The position numbers and the translations under genes were made by a program. This document shows, one piece after another, positions 21,841 to 31,315 of a DNA stretch of 64,000 nt (its first letter is position 1; each line of letters opens with the position of its first letter). This stretch comes from Abditibacterium sp. (lineage in GTDB: Bacteria > Armatimonadota > Abditibacteriia > Abditibacteriales > Abditibacteriaceae), in the NCBI GenBank assembly GCA_965199495.1, contig CBDASK010000003.1, forward strand, positions 3,200,001 through 3,264,000, given 5' to 3'. Under the pieces are notes generated by a model. That model was not told the DNA's origin and made no database searches. It saw nothing but the letters and a program-made list of their open reading frames with translations.

Positions 21841-22207
21841 AATGCCCAAAATACGTATCATCTCGGTTCCTCCCGGAGAGGCTCCCGAACACATTCGCCA
21901 AGCTTGGATTGGTTGCTCTCTTCCTTTGTTGGAAGGGAGCAGTATCGAGCCGTCCAAATGTCCGAGTGTAGGTGTTCTGTCCGGGCCAAAAAGTTTTGTT
22001 GGGTTGTGGATAGCTTCAATTTTCGGGCGTTGTGAAGAGTGGCAAGGCTATAAAGTTGATGCCGCAACTGCTATAAAAATTCTGGCGCTCACGCATCCCG
22101 AAGCTGCAAAATGGTGGCGTGAAGAAACTCCTCATCTGGTAACTCGCGAACACGCGTTAGTATTTCCAGCGGATAACTGCCAGCTTGAAGAGGAGACCGA
22201 AATTTGA
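21833..22207 (+). CDS. Hypothetical protein
   Basis: ATG overlaps the polA 3' end; more AT-rich than its neighbours; PPGEAP..IRQAWIG. Confidence 0.6.
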   Translation: MSEMPKIRIISVPPGEAPEHIRQAWIGCSLPLLEGSSIEPSKCPSVGVLSGPKSFVGLWIASIFGRCEEWQGYKVDAATAIKILALTHPEAAKWWREETPHLVTREHALVFPADNCQLEEETEI

Positions 22208-22446
22208 AAAATGGAATTTGCTCCAAATGTCAATCCGAGAAAATCGTGCGCGACACAATTAAGATCAATCCGCCTTTCGCGCCGCTAATGATTAAAGGCG
22301 AGTTGAGCGTTGATAATATTAAAGGTCTAAATCCCAAATTAATGGAAGCCTATATCTGTTGCGATTGCGGTTTTACCGAACTGTATGTGATAAATCCGGC
22401 GTCGCTGTGGAAGAAGCACGACGAGAAAGTGTTTGGCGATAAGTAA
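22204..22446 (+). CDS. Small zinc-ribbon protein
   Basis: CSKC and CCDCGFTELY pairs; TTG start overlaps the upstream stop. Confidence 0.65.
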   Translation: MKNGICSKCQSEKIVRDTIKINPPFAPLMIKGELSVDNIKGLNPKLMEAYICCDCGFTELYVINPASLWKKHDEKVFGDK

Positions 22447-22507
22447 ATTTGCGCGAAAAAGGTTGCGTCGCAAACTTTTCGCTTTTCTGCGCGTCTGGCG
22501 CTTGCCC

Positions 22508-24184
22508 ATGAATCGTTTTTCCGTCGCTTTACTCTGCGCGTTGCCCGCGCTCGCTTTCGGTTGCACGCCGACTAAAGCGCAGACGCCGCCGATTAATTTG
22601 CTGCGCGCCAACAATGCAGCCACGGCGCCGGTGTCGTCGCAATTACAAACGCAATTCGATAGTCGCGGCTTGATTAAATTGAGTTACAACGGCGCGACCT
22701 TGCTCGACGTGGCTGCTAATGGCGCCGGGTTGTTTGGTGTGGGCGATGTCCATTTTTTGGGCGCGAATGGAACGGTGACAAAAGAAAATTCGGGCGAACC
22801 GCGTCGCAGTTGGGACGACGCGGGCAAAACTTTAACTTTGGCTTATGATTGGGGCCGCGTAATTTGTCAATACGAAGTTCAGGGCGACCGTTTGAACTTG
22901 AATATCAGCGTCGAAAATACCGGACAACAAACATTAGCGGGCGTCAATTTGTTTCCGCTCGCGGTGCAGTTCACGTGCTTTCCCGATGGCTTCGATGCCA
23001 CGACGCCGCACGTCAATTTCAATCTCGATGGGCCGACGGTTCAATCCGCCGATTTCGGCGCGGGAAGTTTGACGATTGTGAATCGCGGTGTGACAAAACC
23101 TCTGGCAGTTGGATTTATTTCGACGAACGATACCGGCAAAACTTTTCGATACAACATTTACGTTGGCTCGGCGCCGTTGTGGTATCAACCGGGCAACTGG
23201 CCCAAATTTAACCGTCCGATTGCGCCCGGAGCGCGCGATGAATATCAAATTTCGCTGCGTTTTTCGCCGTCTAACCCAAGTAAAGAAAGCGCCGATGTGT
23301 TGCACGATTTCGCGACAGCGCATCCCTCAACGCTCAATTGGCTGGATCGGCGTCCGATTGGCGCGCTGTTTCTGGCGTCGTCGCTGATTGATCAGCCGCC
23401 CAATAATTTGCGCGGCTGGTTCTATAACGATAAAACCATTGATTTGAAGTCCGACGAGGGGCGCGCCAAATTTCGCGCGCGCGTGTTGGATTTCGCGCGC
23501 GACAGCGTGACCGAATTGCGCAAAGTCGGCGCACAGGGTGCGATTACGTGGGACATCGAGGGCCAGCAATATCCGCATTCGACGAGTTATATCGGCGACC
23601 CGCGTTTGCTTCCGCGATTGGCGCCCGAAATGGATGCTGTCGCCGACGATTATTTTCGCGTGTTCAAAGAGGCCGGATTCAAAGTTGGAATTTGCGTGCG
23701 CCCGCAGCAATTAACCTTCGGTGCCGATGGCAAACCCGACCAGAAAAATGTCGCGGACGAAGCGGCGATATTGATCGAAAAAATCGCTTACGCGAAAAAA
23801 CGTTGGGGCGCGACGCTGTTTTATGTGGATTCCAACGGCGGCCCATTCGACCCGTCCGATGCCGAAATTTTTCGGCGCGTGGCGGCGGCGTTTCCCGATG
23901 TTTTGCTGATGCCCGAACATCAGAACTTGAAATACCAAGCGTATACCGCGCCTTATAATGATTTGCGTTTTGACGATTCGATTACGCCCGACGAAGTGCG
24001 CGTGGCTTATCCGCGCGCCTTTAGCGTGATCAACGGCGAGGCGGCGCAATTGACCAAACGCCGCGCTGAATTGGTGCGCGCGGTGCGCGCGGGCGACGTT
24101 TTGGTTTTCAACGCGTGGTATGACAGCGACGAGGGCAAATTGGTGAAAAACATTTACGATGAGGCCAAGGCAGGCGGCGGCTAA
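22508..24184 (+). CDS. Putative lipoprotein with a glycoside-hydrolase-like barrel
   Basis: Lipobox LAFG-C; TWDIEG, YVDSN and MPEH segments. Confidence 0.65.
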   Translation: MNRFSVALLCALPALAFGCTPTKAQTPPINLLRANNAATAPVSSQLQTQFDSRGLIKLSYNGATLLDVAANGAGLFGVGDVHFLGANGTVTKENSGEPRRSWDDAGKTLTLAYDWGRVICQYEVQGDRLNLNISVENTGQQTLAGVNLFPLAVQFTCFPDGFDATTPHVNFNLDGPTVQSADFGAGSLTIVNRGVTKPLAVGFISTNDTGKTFRYNIYVGSAPLWYQPGNWPKFNRPIAPGARDEYQISLRFSPSNPSKESADVLHDFATAHPSTLNWLDRRPIGALFLASSLIDQPPNNLRGWFYNDKTIDLKSDEGRAKFRARVLDFARDSVTELRKVGAQGAITWDIEGQQYPHSTSYIGDPRLLPRLAPEMDAVADDYFRVFKEAGFKVGICVRPQQLTFGADGKPDQKNVADEAAILIEKIAYAKKRWGATLFYVDSNGGPFDPSDAEIFRRVAAAFPDVLLMPEHQNLKYQAYTAPYNDLRFDDSITPDEVRVAYPRAFSVINGEAAQLTKRRAELVRAVRAGDVLVFNAWYDSDEGKLVKNIYDEAKAGGG

Positions 24185-24399
24185 ATCAAATTTTAGCCGT
24201 GAAATAAGGGTTTTTACCTTGCGCCTCGCGCTCAGTCTTGTTAAAATGGGATAGGTTTTCTCTCGCATTTTCCTCTTGCCGCCGCCAGATTTTTCTCTCG
24301 CGAACGCTTTGGGTTAAATCAATCATATCGAGAGAAGCAAATTTTGATGCCTTAGAGATTGGCTTTGCCTGATTTTTTCGCGCTCCAAGGACAACTGCT

Positions 24400-26118
24400 G
24401 TGGCAGATACCCCCAACAACGACACGCCCGTGACCCCCGACATCCAGAATTCCGCAACCCCTCCCGTCGAGCAGGAAACGGCCCCGACTTCCTCCGGCAC
24501 CCCCGGAACGACCGGCGCCGTTTCCACCGATGGTGCCCCCGAACAGATCGAAACGCAAGTCTCGACCTCGACGCCCGAAACCGCCGCCGCGACAGCAGCC
24601 ACGGCGCCCGCTTCTGAGGCTGCTCCCGCCGCTGATGTGCCCGCGCCCGCTTCAACGCCCGCAACGGCGGCCCCAACTCCGGTGCCCGCTCCGGCTCCCG
24701 CTCCCGTTGGCAAACAGCCTTCGATGGAGCAGGTCATGGAATCGGACGAATTCGCCGAATACATGAGCGGCGCCCAGTCGCTGGAGCGCAATGCACTCGT
24801 CACCGGAATTGTTGTCCGTCTCGAAGAGAACGGCAGCATCTTGGTTGACATCGGCTCCAAAAGCGAGGGCATTATCCCGCGCTCCGAGATCGGCGACGAC
24901 GAAGTCGAAGTCGGCGCCGAAGTTGAGTGTCTGGTCGTGCGCCCCGAAGACGAAGAGGGCCATCCGATTCTGTCCAAGCGCCGCGCCGATTTTGAGAAGA
25001 CGCGCCGCGACGTGGCTGCCGCCCGCGAGTCGGGCGAAGTCTTGCAAGCCACCGTCAAAGACGCCGTTAAAGGCGGCTTGATCGTGGATTTGGGCATTGA
25101 CGCGTTCGTGCCCGCTTCGCACGTTGACCAACGCGTGCGCGGTCAGCTCGAACGTTTGGTCGGCCAGATTTTGCCAGTCAAAGTCATCGAAACCGACTTC
25201 CGCAAAGGCCGCGACAAAGTCATCGCGTCGCACCGTTTGGCTTATGCCGAAGAGCGCGATAAACGCGAGTCGGAAGCGTGGGACAGCATCGAGAAAGACA
25301 AAATCGTTGAGGGCGTGGTGCGCCGCATTACCGAGTTCGGCGCTTTCGTTGACATCGGCGGTTTGGACGGTTTGCTGCACGTCCGCGAAATGGCGTGGAG
25401 CCGCGTGGATCATCCGTCGAGCGTAGTGAAAAAAGGCCAGAAATTGCAGGTCTTGATTCTCGATATTGACGAAGAACGTCGCCGCGTCGCGTTGGGTTTG
25501 AAACAGTTGTTGCCCGATCCGTGGAAAAAGGCCGCGAAAAACTACAGCGTTGGCCAAGTCGTGCCGATCAAAGTTTTGCGTTTGGCGCCGACGGTCGCGT
25601 TTGTCGAACTCGAACCCGGCATTGAAGCGATTATCCCGATTTCCGAATTGTCGGAAGACCGCATCAACAAACCCGAAGACGCGGTTTCCATCGGTCAAGA
25701 AGTCGAAGGCCGCATCAAGAGCATTCAGCCCAACCAGCGCCGCATTACCATGAGTTTGCGCGCGGCTGTCGCCGAAAAAGAGCGCCGCGAGACGCGCACT
25801 GCGGTGCGCGAAGTCAACCAGCGCGCGGGCGAAGATGGCCCGCTTTCGTTGGGCGATTTGTTCGGCAAAGAGCTGCGCGCCGTGCGCGACCGTGGTCGCA
25901 ACCGTGACCGCGACGAGGCGCGCTCGCGCGCTCAGGAAGAGGCCGACGATGCCGACTTCGAGGAAATCGAGGCCGAGTTGGATGACAACGCGACCGCCGC
26001 GATGGACGAAGAAGTCGCCGTTGACGATGCGCCCGCCGTGGCTGCATCGGACGAAGCACCAGCCGATGAACCCGAACCGGGTTCGCTGGCCGCAGCGTTG
26101 AAAAATGCGGGTGCGTAA
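24400..26118 (+). CDS. rpsA: 30S ribosomal protein S1 (four S1 domains, long low-complexity termini)
   Basis: VDIGSKSEGIIP, VKGGLIVD, FGAFVDIGGLDGLLH, AFVELEPGIEAIIPISEL. Confidence 0.93.
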   Translation: MADTPNNDTPVTPDIQNSATPPVEQETAPTSSGTPGTTGAVSTDGAPEQIETQVSTSTPETAAATAATAPASEAAPAADVPAPASTPATAAPTPVPAPAPAPVGKQPSMEQVMESDEFAEYMSGAQSLERNALVTGIVVRLEENGSILVDIGSKSEGIIPRSEIGDDEVEVGAEVECLVVRPEDEEGHPILSKRRADFEKTRRDVAAARESGEVLQATVKDAVKGGLIVDLGIDAFVPASHVDQRVRGQLERLVGQILPVKVIETDFRKGRDKVIASHRLAYAEERDKRESEAWDSIEKDKIVEGVVRRITEFGAFVDIGGLDGLLHVREMAWSRVDHPSSVVKKGQKLQVLILDIDEERRRVALGLKQLLPDPWKKAAKNYSVGQVVPIKVLRLAPTVAFVELEPGIEAIIPISELSEDRINKPEDAVSIGQEVEGRIKSIQPNQRRITMSLRAAVAEKERRETRTAVREVNQRAGEDGPLSLGDLFGKELRAVRDRGRNRDRDEARSRAQEEADDADFEEIEAELDDNATAAMDEEVAVDDAPAVAASDEAPADEPEPGSLAAALKNAGA

Positions 26119-26133
26119 TAATTAGCCAAAAAG

Positions 26134-26169
26134 AAAAGCGGGCGTCCAGCAATGGGCGCCCGCTTTTTT
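26134..26169 (+). terminator. Rho-independent terminator
   Basis: aaaagcgggcgtcca-gcaa-tgggcgcccgctttttt. Confidence 0.8.
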
Positions 26170-26293
26170 GTATTTTGCGTTGAAATTAAGCCATGACGAA
26201 AATTTTAGATGTCGCCTCATTGCCAGATTCTTTGTGGCTGGGAAACGCATGAAAAGCATCGCGGATGCTTCTACTTTGAGGTAAGATAAAGCT

Positions 26294-26539
26294 ATGACGA
26301 AAACATTGGATGTATCGGCGTGGCCCCAACTGGCCGAAATTCTAAGCGCGATTGGCGAAGATGAGGCCATTGTTCTGACACAAAACGGGCGCGTAATTGC
26401 CGAAGTGAAACCGGTGGAGGAAGGCTCTACCGAAAAACCAAAAGAAAGAGTTTTCGGGCTTGGCGCAGGAGAGGGATATTACATGGCAGATGATTTTGAT
26501 GCCGAGTTGCCAGATTCATTCTGGTTGGGAGAAGAATGA
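26294..26539 (+). CDS. Type II antitoxin (Phd/YefM-like with DUF2281-type tail)
   Basis: IVLTQNGRVIAEV and MADDFDAELP; ATGA overlap with the PIN toxin. Confidence 0.8.
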   Translation: MTKTLDVSAWPQLAEILSAIGEDEAIVLTQNGRVIAEVKPVEEGSTEKPKERVFGLGAGEGYYMADDFDAELPDSFWLGEE

Positions 26540-26922
26540 AAATTCTAAGCGACACGCACATATTCATTTGGTTTTCGCAAGACTCCGCTCAACTTTCTCG
26601 CTCTGCGCACGATTTATTGAAAAACCCCGCTAACGAAATCTTCTTGAGCATTGCCAGTGTTTGGGAAATCCAGATAAAATTGGACATCAAAAAGCTGGCT
26701 TTACCGCTTCCGCTTCCAGATCTGATTACCCTTCAGCAACGCGTCAACAACATTCAAATTCTGCCCATCGAACCGCGTCACATCTATGCTTTAAGCGATT
26801 TGCCGATGCACCATCGCGATCCGTTCGACCGGTTGCTCATCGCGCAATCTGTCACGGAGGCGATGCCGATCTTAACGGCGGACGCGGTTTTCGACCGCTA
26901 TGACGCGCAAATTTTGCGTTGA
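26536..26922 (+). CDS. vapC: VapC family PIN-domain toxin
   Basis: LSDTHIFIW, SIASVWEI, HHRDPFDRLLIAQ, LTAD. Confidence 0.92.
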   Translation: MKILSDTHIFIWFSQDSAQLSRSAHDLLKNPANEIFLSIASVWEIQIKLDIKKLALPLPLPDLITLQQRVNNIQILPIEPRHIYALSDLPMHHRDPFDRLLIAQSVTEAMPILTADAVFDRYDAQILR

Positions 26923-26925
26923 AAG

Positions 26926-26954
26926 TTGCAGCCACGCGCCGGAGTTGGTATAAT
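26926..26954 (+). promoter_or_regulatory. Putative sigma70 promoter of rpsL-rpsG
   Basis: TTGCAG-N17-TATAAT with an upstream TG (extended -10). Confidence 0.6.
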
Positions 26955-27098
26955 TTGAGAGGTCTTTTCCCTCTGATGCCCCTTTCCGGGACACGGTAAG
27001 GGGCTTTTTTGTGAGCCAAATTCAATGGCTGCGGCCCCGAAATTGAGAGTAGGTAAGAACGAAGAATTAGAAGAGACTCGGAGAACCACGAACGTCGT

Positions 27099-27524
27099 AT
27101 GCCAACAATTTCCCAATTGATTCGTAAAGGCCGCAAGCCGGCCCCCAAGAAATCCACCACGGCGGCCTTCAAAGAAGCCTATAACGGCGTCAAAGGTCAG
27201 CCCACCGAAAACGTCGCCGCCCCTTTAATGCGCGGCGTCTGTTTGCAGGTCAAAACCGATAAGCCCAAAAAGCCCAACTCGGCTTTGCGCGCCAAAGCCC
27301 GCATTCGCCTGTCGAATAAGAAAGAAATCACCGCCTACATTCCCGGCGAAAAGCATAACTTGCAGGAACATTCAGTTGTTCTGGTGCGCGGTGGCCGCGT
27401 CAAAGATATGCCCGGCATCAAATATAAAGTCGTGCGCGGTGCGCTTGATTGTGCCGGTGTCGCCAACCGCAAGCGTTCGCGCTCGAAATATGGCGCCAAG
27501 AAACCCAAAGTAGCCGCTAAGTAA
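27099..27524 (+). CDS. rpsL: 30S ribosomal protein S12
   Basis: [39 protein letters not shown]. Confidence 0.97.
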   Translation: MPTISQLIRKGRKPAPKKSTTAAFKEAYNGVKGQPTENVAAPLMRGVCLQVKTDKPKKPNSALRAKARIRLSNKKEITAYIPGEKHNLQEHSVVLVRGGRVKDMPGIKYKVVRGALDCAGVANRKRSRSKYGAKKPKVAAK

Positions 27525-27588
27525 GTTTCCAGTTGTCAGGAAGCAGTGTTTTCTGACAACTGACTCCTGAAAAACTGAACCCTTGTAA

Positions 27589-28065
<477 letters not shown>

Positions 28066-28083
28066 AACGAAGAGCAAAACAGA

Positions 28084-28116
28084 AAAAGCGTCGCGACGAA
28101 AGTCGCGGCGCTTTTC
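28084..28116 (+). terminator. Terminator after rpsG
   Basis: aaaagcgtcgcgac-gaaa-gtcgcggcgctttt. Confidence 0.75.
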
Positions 28117-28162
28117 TGTGTTTGAAATTCTATTTCTGCCGATAACACATTATTTTTGAACT

Positions 28163-28362
28163 TAGGAGTTACGCAGTTCGCTTTGTGTCCGCAAAGGCGG
28201 ACAGTTGCGCGCGGAGCGCGATCCGAGACCCCGATTTCAATCGGGGGACAAACGGGAATACGCGCCTTTCTCTGTGAACTCACATTTTAATGTGAGCCTT
28301 AGATCGCGCTCCGCGCGCAACTGTCCGCCTTTGCGGACACAAAGCGAACTGCGTAACTCCTA
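28163..28362. mobile_element. 200-bp MITE with IS701/ISAba11-like ends
   Basis: 62-bp perfect inverted arms (28162-28223, 28302-28363); element terminus TAGGAGTTACGCAG; flanks GAACT/AAACT. Confidence 0.8.
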
Positions 28363-28413
28363 AAACTCCTGTGTGCGTTCTAAACGCAAAGACGAGCATC
28401 GAAGAGAAATATA

Positions 28414-28452
28414 AAAAAAGGCCCGCGCACGTTTATGTGCGCGGGCCTTTTT
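28414..28452 (-). terminator. Rho-independent terminator of the ABC/TPR operon
   Basis: aaaaaaggcccgcgcac-gttta-tgtgcgcgggccttttt. Confidence 0.8.
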
Positions 28453-28467
28453 GAATATTCGTGATTT

Positions 28468-30036
28468 TTATGCGCCGTAATATCCCGAAACGTTGGGCGC
28501 GGTTTTGGGCGCAGCGTCCGGGGTGCCACCTTTGCGCGATTTTTTGATTTCCGCCACGATGTCGTCGGGCGTGGTGAAACCGTATTTATCCTCGTAGACG
28601 CGCGTTTTGCGGAGCGCGTAAAAGTCGAGGGCATCGCGGGTGCGCGAACGATACCAAGTGCGATACGCCTGCAATGCCAGAGCTTTTTTCTCGGCGGGGT
28701 CAGTCGCCTTTTCTTCTTTCATTTCGTAGAGTTTGGCCAGAAAATGCAACCCCAAATCTTGCGACGAAGTTTTTTCGTCGGCGCGCGTTTTGGCGAGCGC
28801 CGCTTCGATTGTCGCAGGCGAATCGCCGCGAAGCTCGTAGATTTTCTTGAGAACCGGCAGACCCTGCAAATGAAATTTCTCGTTGACGTTCATTACGCCG
28901 ATCATTTCGTTGATGGCGCCGTCCAAATCGCCCGCTTGCATCATGCGCCACGCGGGCATATAACGTGCTTCGATGGTGACGTAAGCGCCGACAGGTTGGT
29001 CTTTGCCGGTTTCTCCCGCGATTTTCTGACGCAAATCTTGGGCGGCGACGATTTGTTGGACGTTGGGCACCAGAGCTTTGACATCGGCCTTAGTCACGGC
29101 GTCGCCGTCGCGATAAACGTCCACGATATCGGTATAACCGGCACCATAACGATGCCATGCGGCGCCCGCGACATCGAGAAGTTGGCGTTGCGCGGGCGTC
29201 GCGCCCATCAAATCGTTGGCGTATTGGTCTTGCGCTTTGTCGAATTCGGGCACGCTCTCCCACAGATGCCCGATGGTGCGGCCCAAAATATCCAGCCCTT
29301 TTTCTTTGATCATCTGACCGCCCGCTCCCTGGATTTCAATGGTGCGCGCATCCGATTTCGAGCGTGCCGTTTTGTAGAGTTCGACGGTTTTTAAGTCGTA
29401 ATAACCAGCTTTTTCGGCGCGCGTCCAGCCGTATTCAAACCACAGGCGATAGGTATCGGGATTGATATTGGAACCGCGATCCAGATAGTCGAGGCCAGTA
29501 GCCACGGCGGCTTCCTGCTTTTGGCGGATGACGGCTGGCCCAGCCTTGATGTTATCGGGGTTAGTCGCGATGTCAGCGTAGATGTTATAAGCCCAGTGCC
29601 AGCCCGCCGTTGACCACGCGTCAATGAACTGCGGATCGAGCGTGACGACCGCTTCCATCAACGGCACCTGACGCGTGAACAAGCCTTCGTGCCAGTATTC
29701 GTCCGATTTCATCCACAATAGGTTGGCGACTTGCGATTTGAAGCCCGACGCCAAACCGGCGACCATGAGCGACGACATCACCGAAAAATCGAGTTTGACT
29801 TTGCCCGAACCTTCGAGCTGACCCGTCTTGGCGTCGTAAACCGTGCCGCCCGAATCCGAGGCGCGCGCCAAGCGGTCGAGCCAGACCAGCGACGGCCCGT
29901 AAGCCTCGCGTTTGGCCTCGGTTTTGGGATGAACCGCGTCGGTATCGCGCAGACGGTTGATGCCCGGTTGCGCGAGGTTGTATGAGACAAGGAGCAAGCC
30001 CGCACCCGCGAGCGCACCCCATTTTGAAAGTTCCAT
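28468..30036 (-). CDS. Membrane-anchored helical-repeat (TPR-like) protein associated with the ABC exporter
   Basis: N-terminal TM; ANLLWMKSDEYWH..LDPQFIDAW..GWHWAYN; last gene of the ABC operon. Confidence 0.75.
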   Translation of the reverse strand: MELSKWGALAGAGLLLVSYNLAQPGINRLRDTDAVHPKTEAKREAYGPSLVWLDRLARASDSGGTVYDAKTGQLEGSGKVKLDFSVMSSLMVAGLASGFKSQVANLLWMKSDEYWHEGLFTRQVPLMEAVVTLDPQFIDAWSTAGWHWAYNIYADIATNPDNIKAGPAVIRQKQEAAVATGLDYLDRGSNINPDTYRLWFEYGWTRAEKAGYYDLKTVELYKTARSKSDARTIEIQGAGGQMIKEKGLDILGRTIGHLWESVPEFDKAQDQYANDLMGATPAQRQLLDVAGAAWHRYGAGYTDIVDVYRDGDAVTKADVKALVPNVQQIVAAQDLRQKIAGETGKDQPVGAYVTIEARYMPAWRMMQAGDLDGAINEMIGVMNVNEKFHLQGLPVLKKIYELRGDSPATIEAALAKTRADEKTSSQDLGLHFLAKLYEMKEEKATDPAEKKALALQAYRTWYRSRTRDALDFYALRKTRVYEDKYGFTTPDDIVAEIKKSRKGGTPDAAPKTAPNVSGYYGA

Positions 30037-30157
30037 TGGTGTTCTCCGTCAGGTGTCAGTCGTCAGGAAACAGTTGTCAGGAAGTAAAATAAGCGATTTT
30101 GCTCCTATCTTCTTCGCATCCTGAGACCCGTCACCTGAGAACTGATACCTGAACAAA

Positions 30158-31315
30158 TTAAAATTCTCGTTCGCTGAAAGCGAAGTAAGCTACGGCCAAC
30201 ATTACAGCCGTATAGGTTATGCCCGCCGAACCGGCTTTGAGCATATAATTCAGACCGACGGGTAAATCGTTGACCAGACGTTCGCGCACATCGAAGGTAT
30301 CGAGATGCGGCAAAAGCGCGTAAACGCCATCGGCAACGGTGCGAATCGGGCCGGACAAAACGGGCGCTCCGTTGCCGCTACCGCCGCTTAGACGCGCCCA
30401 GTAAGCCGCCGATTGGCCCAGAAAATAGACGACGAACGAAACGATAATCGCCGTGATGCCGGTCAAGTATTGGCTGAGCATGATGGCAAACGCCGCCATA
30501 ATGCTCAGCGTGCCCATGTGCAAAAACAACGCGCGCCCCAGATTTACAATGTCTGAACCAACGCCATTGGGACTCACGCCGAGACCATCGGGCCGATTGG
30601 CGAGGGCATAAGCCTGCGGCAGGTGCGGAATATTCGCGAAGAAACTGCCTCCAGTTAAAGCGTCGGCGCCATCTTTTTGCACAACGAACAGGGCATAAGA
30701 AAGCATGAAAATGCCGCCCATAACCGCCAGATTAAGCGCGAGCGTCAGCATCAAACCGAGATATTTGCCGATGAGAAACTCGACGCGCGTGACCGGTTTA
30801 GACAAAATCGTGAGAATCGTGCGACGCTCGATTTCCGGCGTGATGAGCGCCACGCCCAGAAACACGGCGGCGATCAGCGTCATAATGGCGGTGAAACCCA
30901 GACCATAATCGCGCAGGAATTTCTGCTGCGAGCCGGGCTGCATCCAAGTGAAAAACGTCGAAATTCCCAACATCACGACGGCAAATCCCAACAGCGCCGT
31001 GACCCAGCGGCGGCGAATCGCTTCGTGAAACGTCGTCGTGGCGACAACCCATGCCGTTGGCGTCGTCAGGAAAATCAGTCCCATCGCGAGCGCGAAACCG
31101 ACTAAATCAATCGGTGAAAAGTTATCGGCGGCGCCCGTATCGCCGACCGGCGAGCGATAGCCCGCGACGGCATACCAAATCGCGAGCAGGGCAATTAAGC
31201 CCATCAAAACGAATTGGCCGATGCGCCACGAAGCAGGAATCGCGATACCGCGATTGTCGGCGAGTTGCGACGAAATCAGTTCGCGGTTGGATTGGGGAGA
31301 GGAAGAAACGGCCAT
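30158..31315 (-). CDS. ABC-2-type transporter permease
   Basis: EIERRTILTILSKPVTRVEFLIGKYLG; multiple TM helices; ends FSEREF. Confidence 0.88.
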   Translation of the reverse strand: MAVSSSPQSNRELISSQLADNRGIAIPASWRIGQFVLMGLIALLAIWYAVAGYRSPVGDTGAADNFSPIDLVGFALAMGLIFLTTPTAWVVATTTFHEAIRRRWVTALLGFAVVMLGISTFFTWMQPGSQQKFLRDYGLGFTAIMTLIAAVFLGVALITPEIERRTILTILSKPVTRVEFLIGKYLGLMLTLALNLAVMGGIFMLSYALFVVQKDGADALTGGSFFANIPHLPQAYALANRPDGLGVSPNGVGSDIVNLGRALFLHMGTLSIMAAFAIMLSQYLTGITAIIVSFVVYFLGQSAAYWARLSGGSGNGAPVLSGPIRTVADGVYALLPHLDTFDVRERLVNDLPVGLNYMLKAGSAGITYTAVMLAVAYFAFSEREF

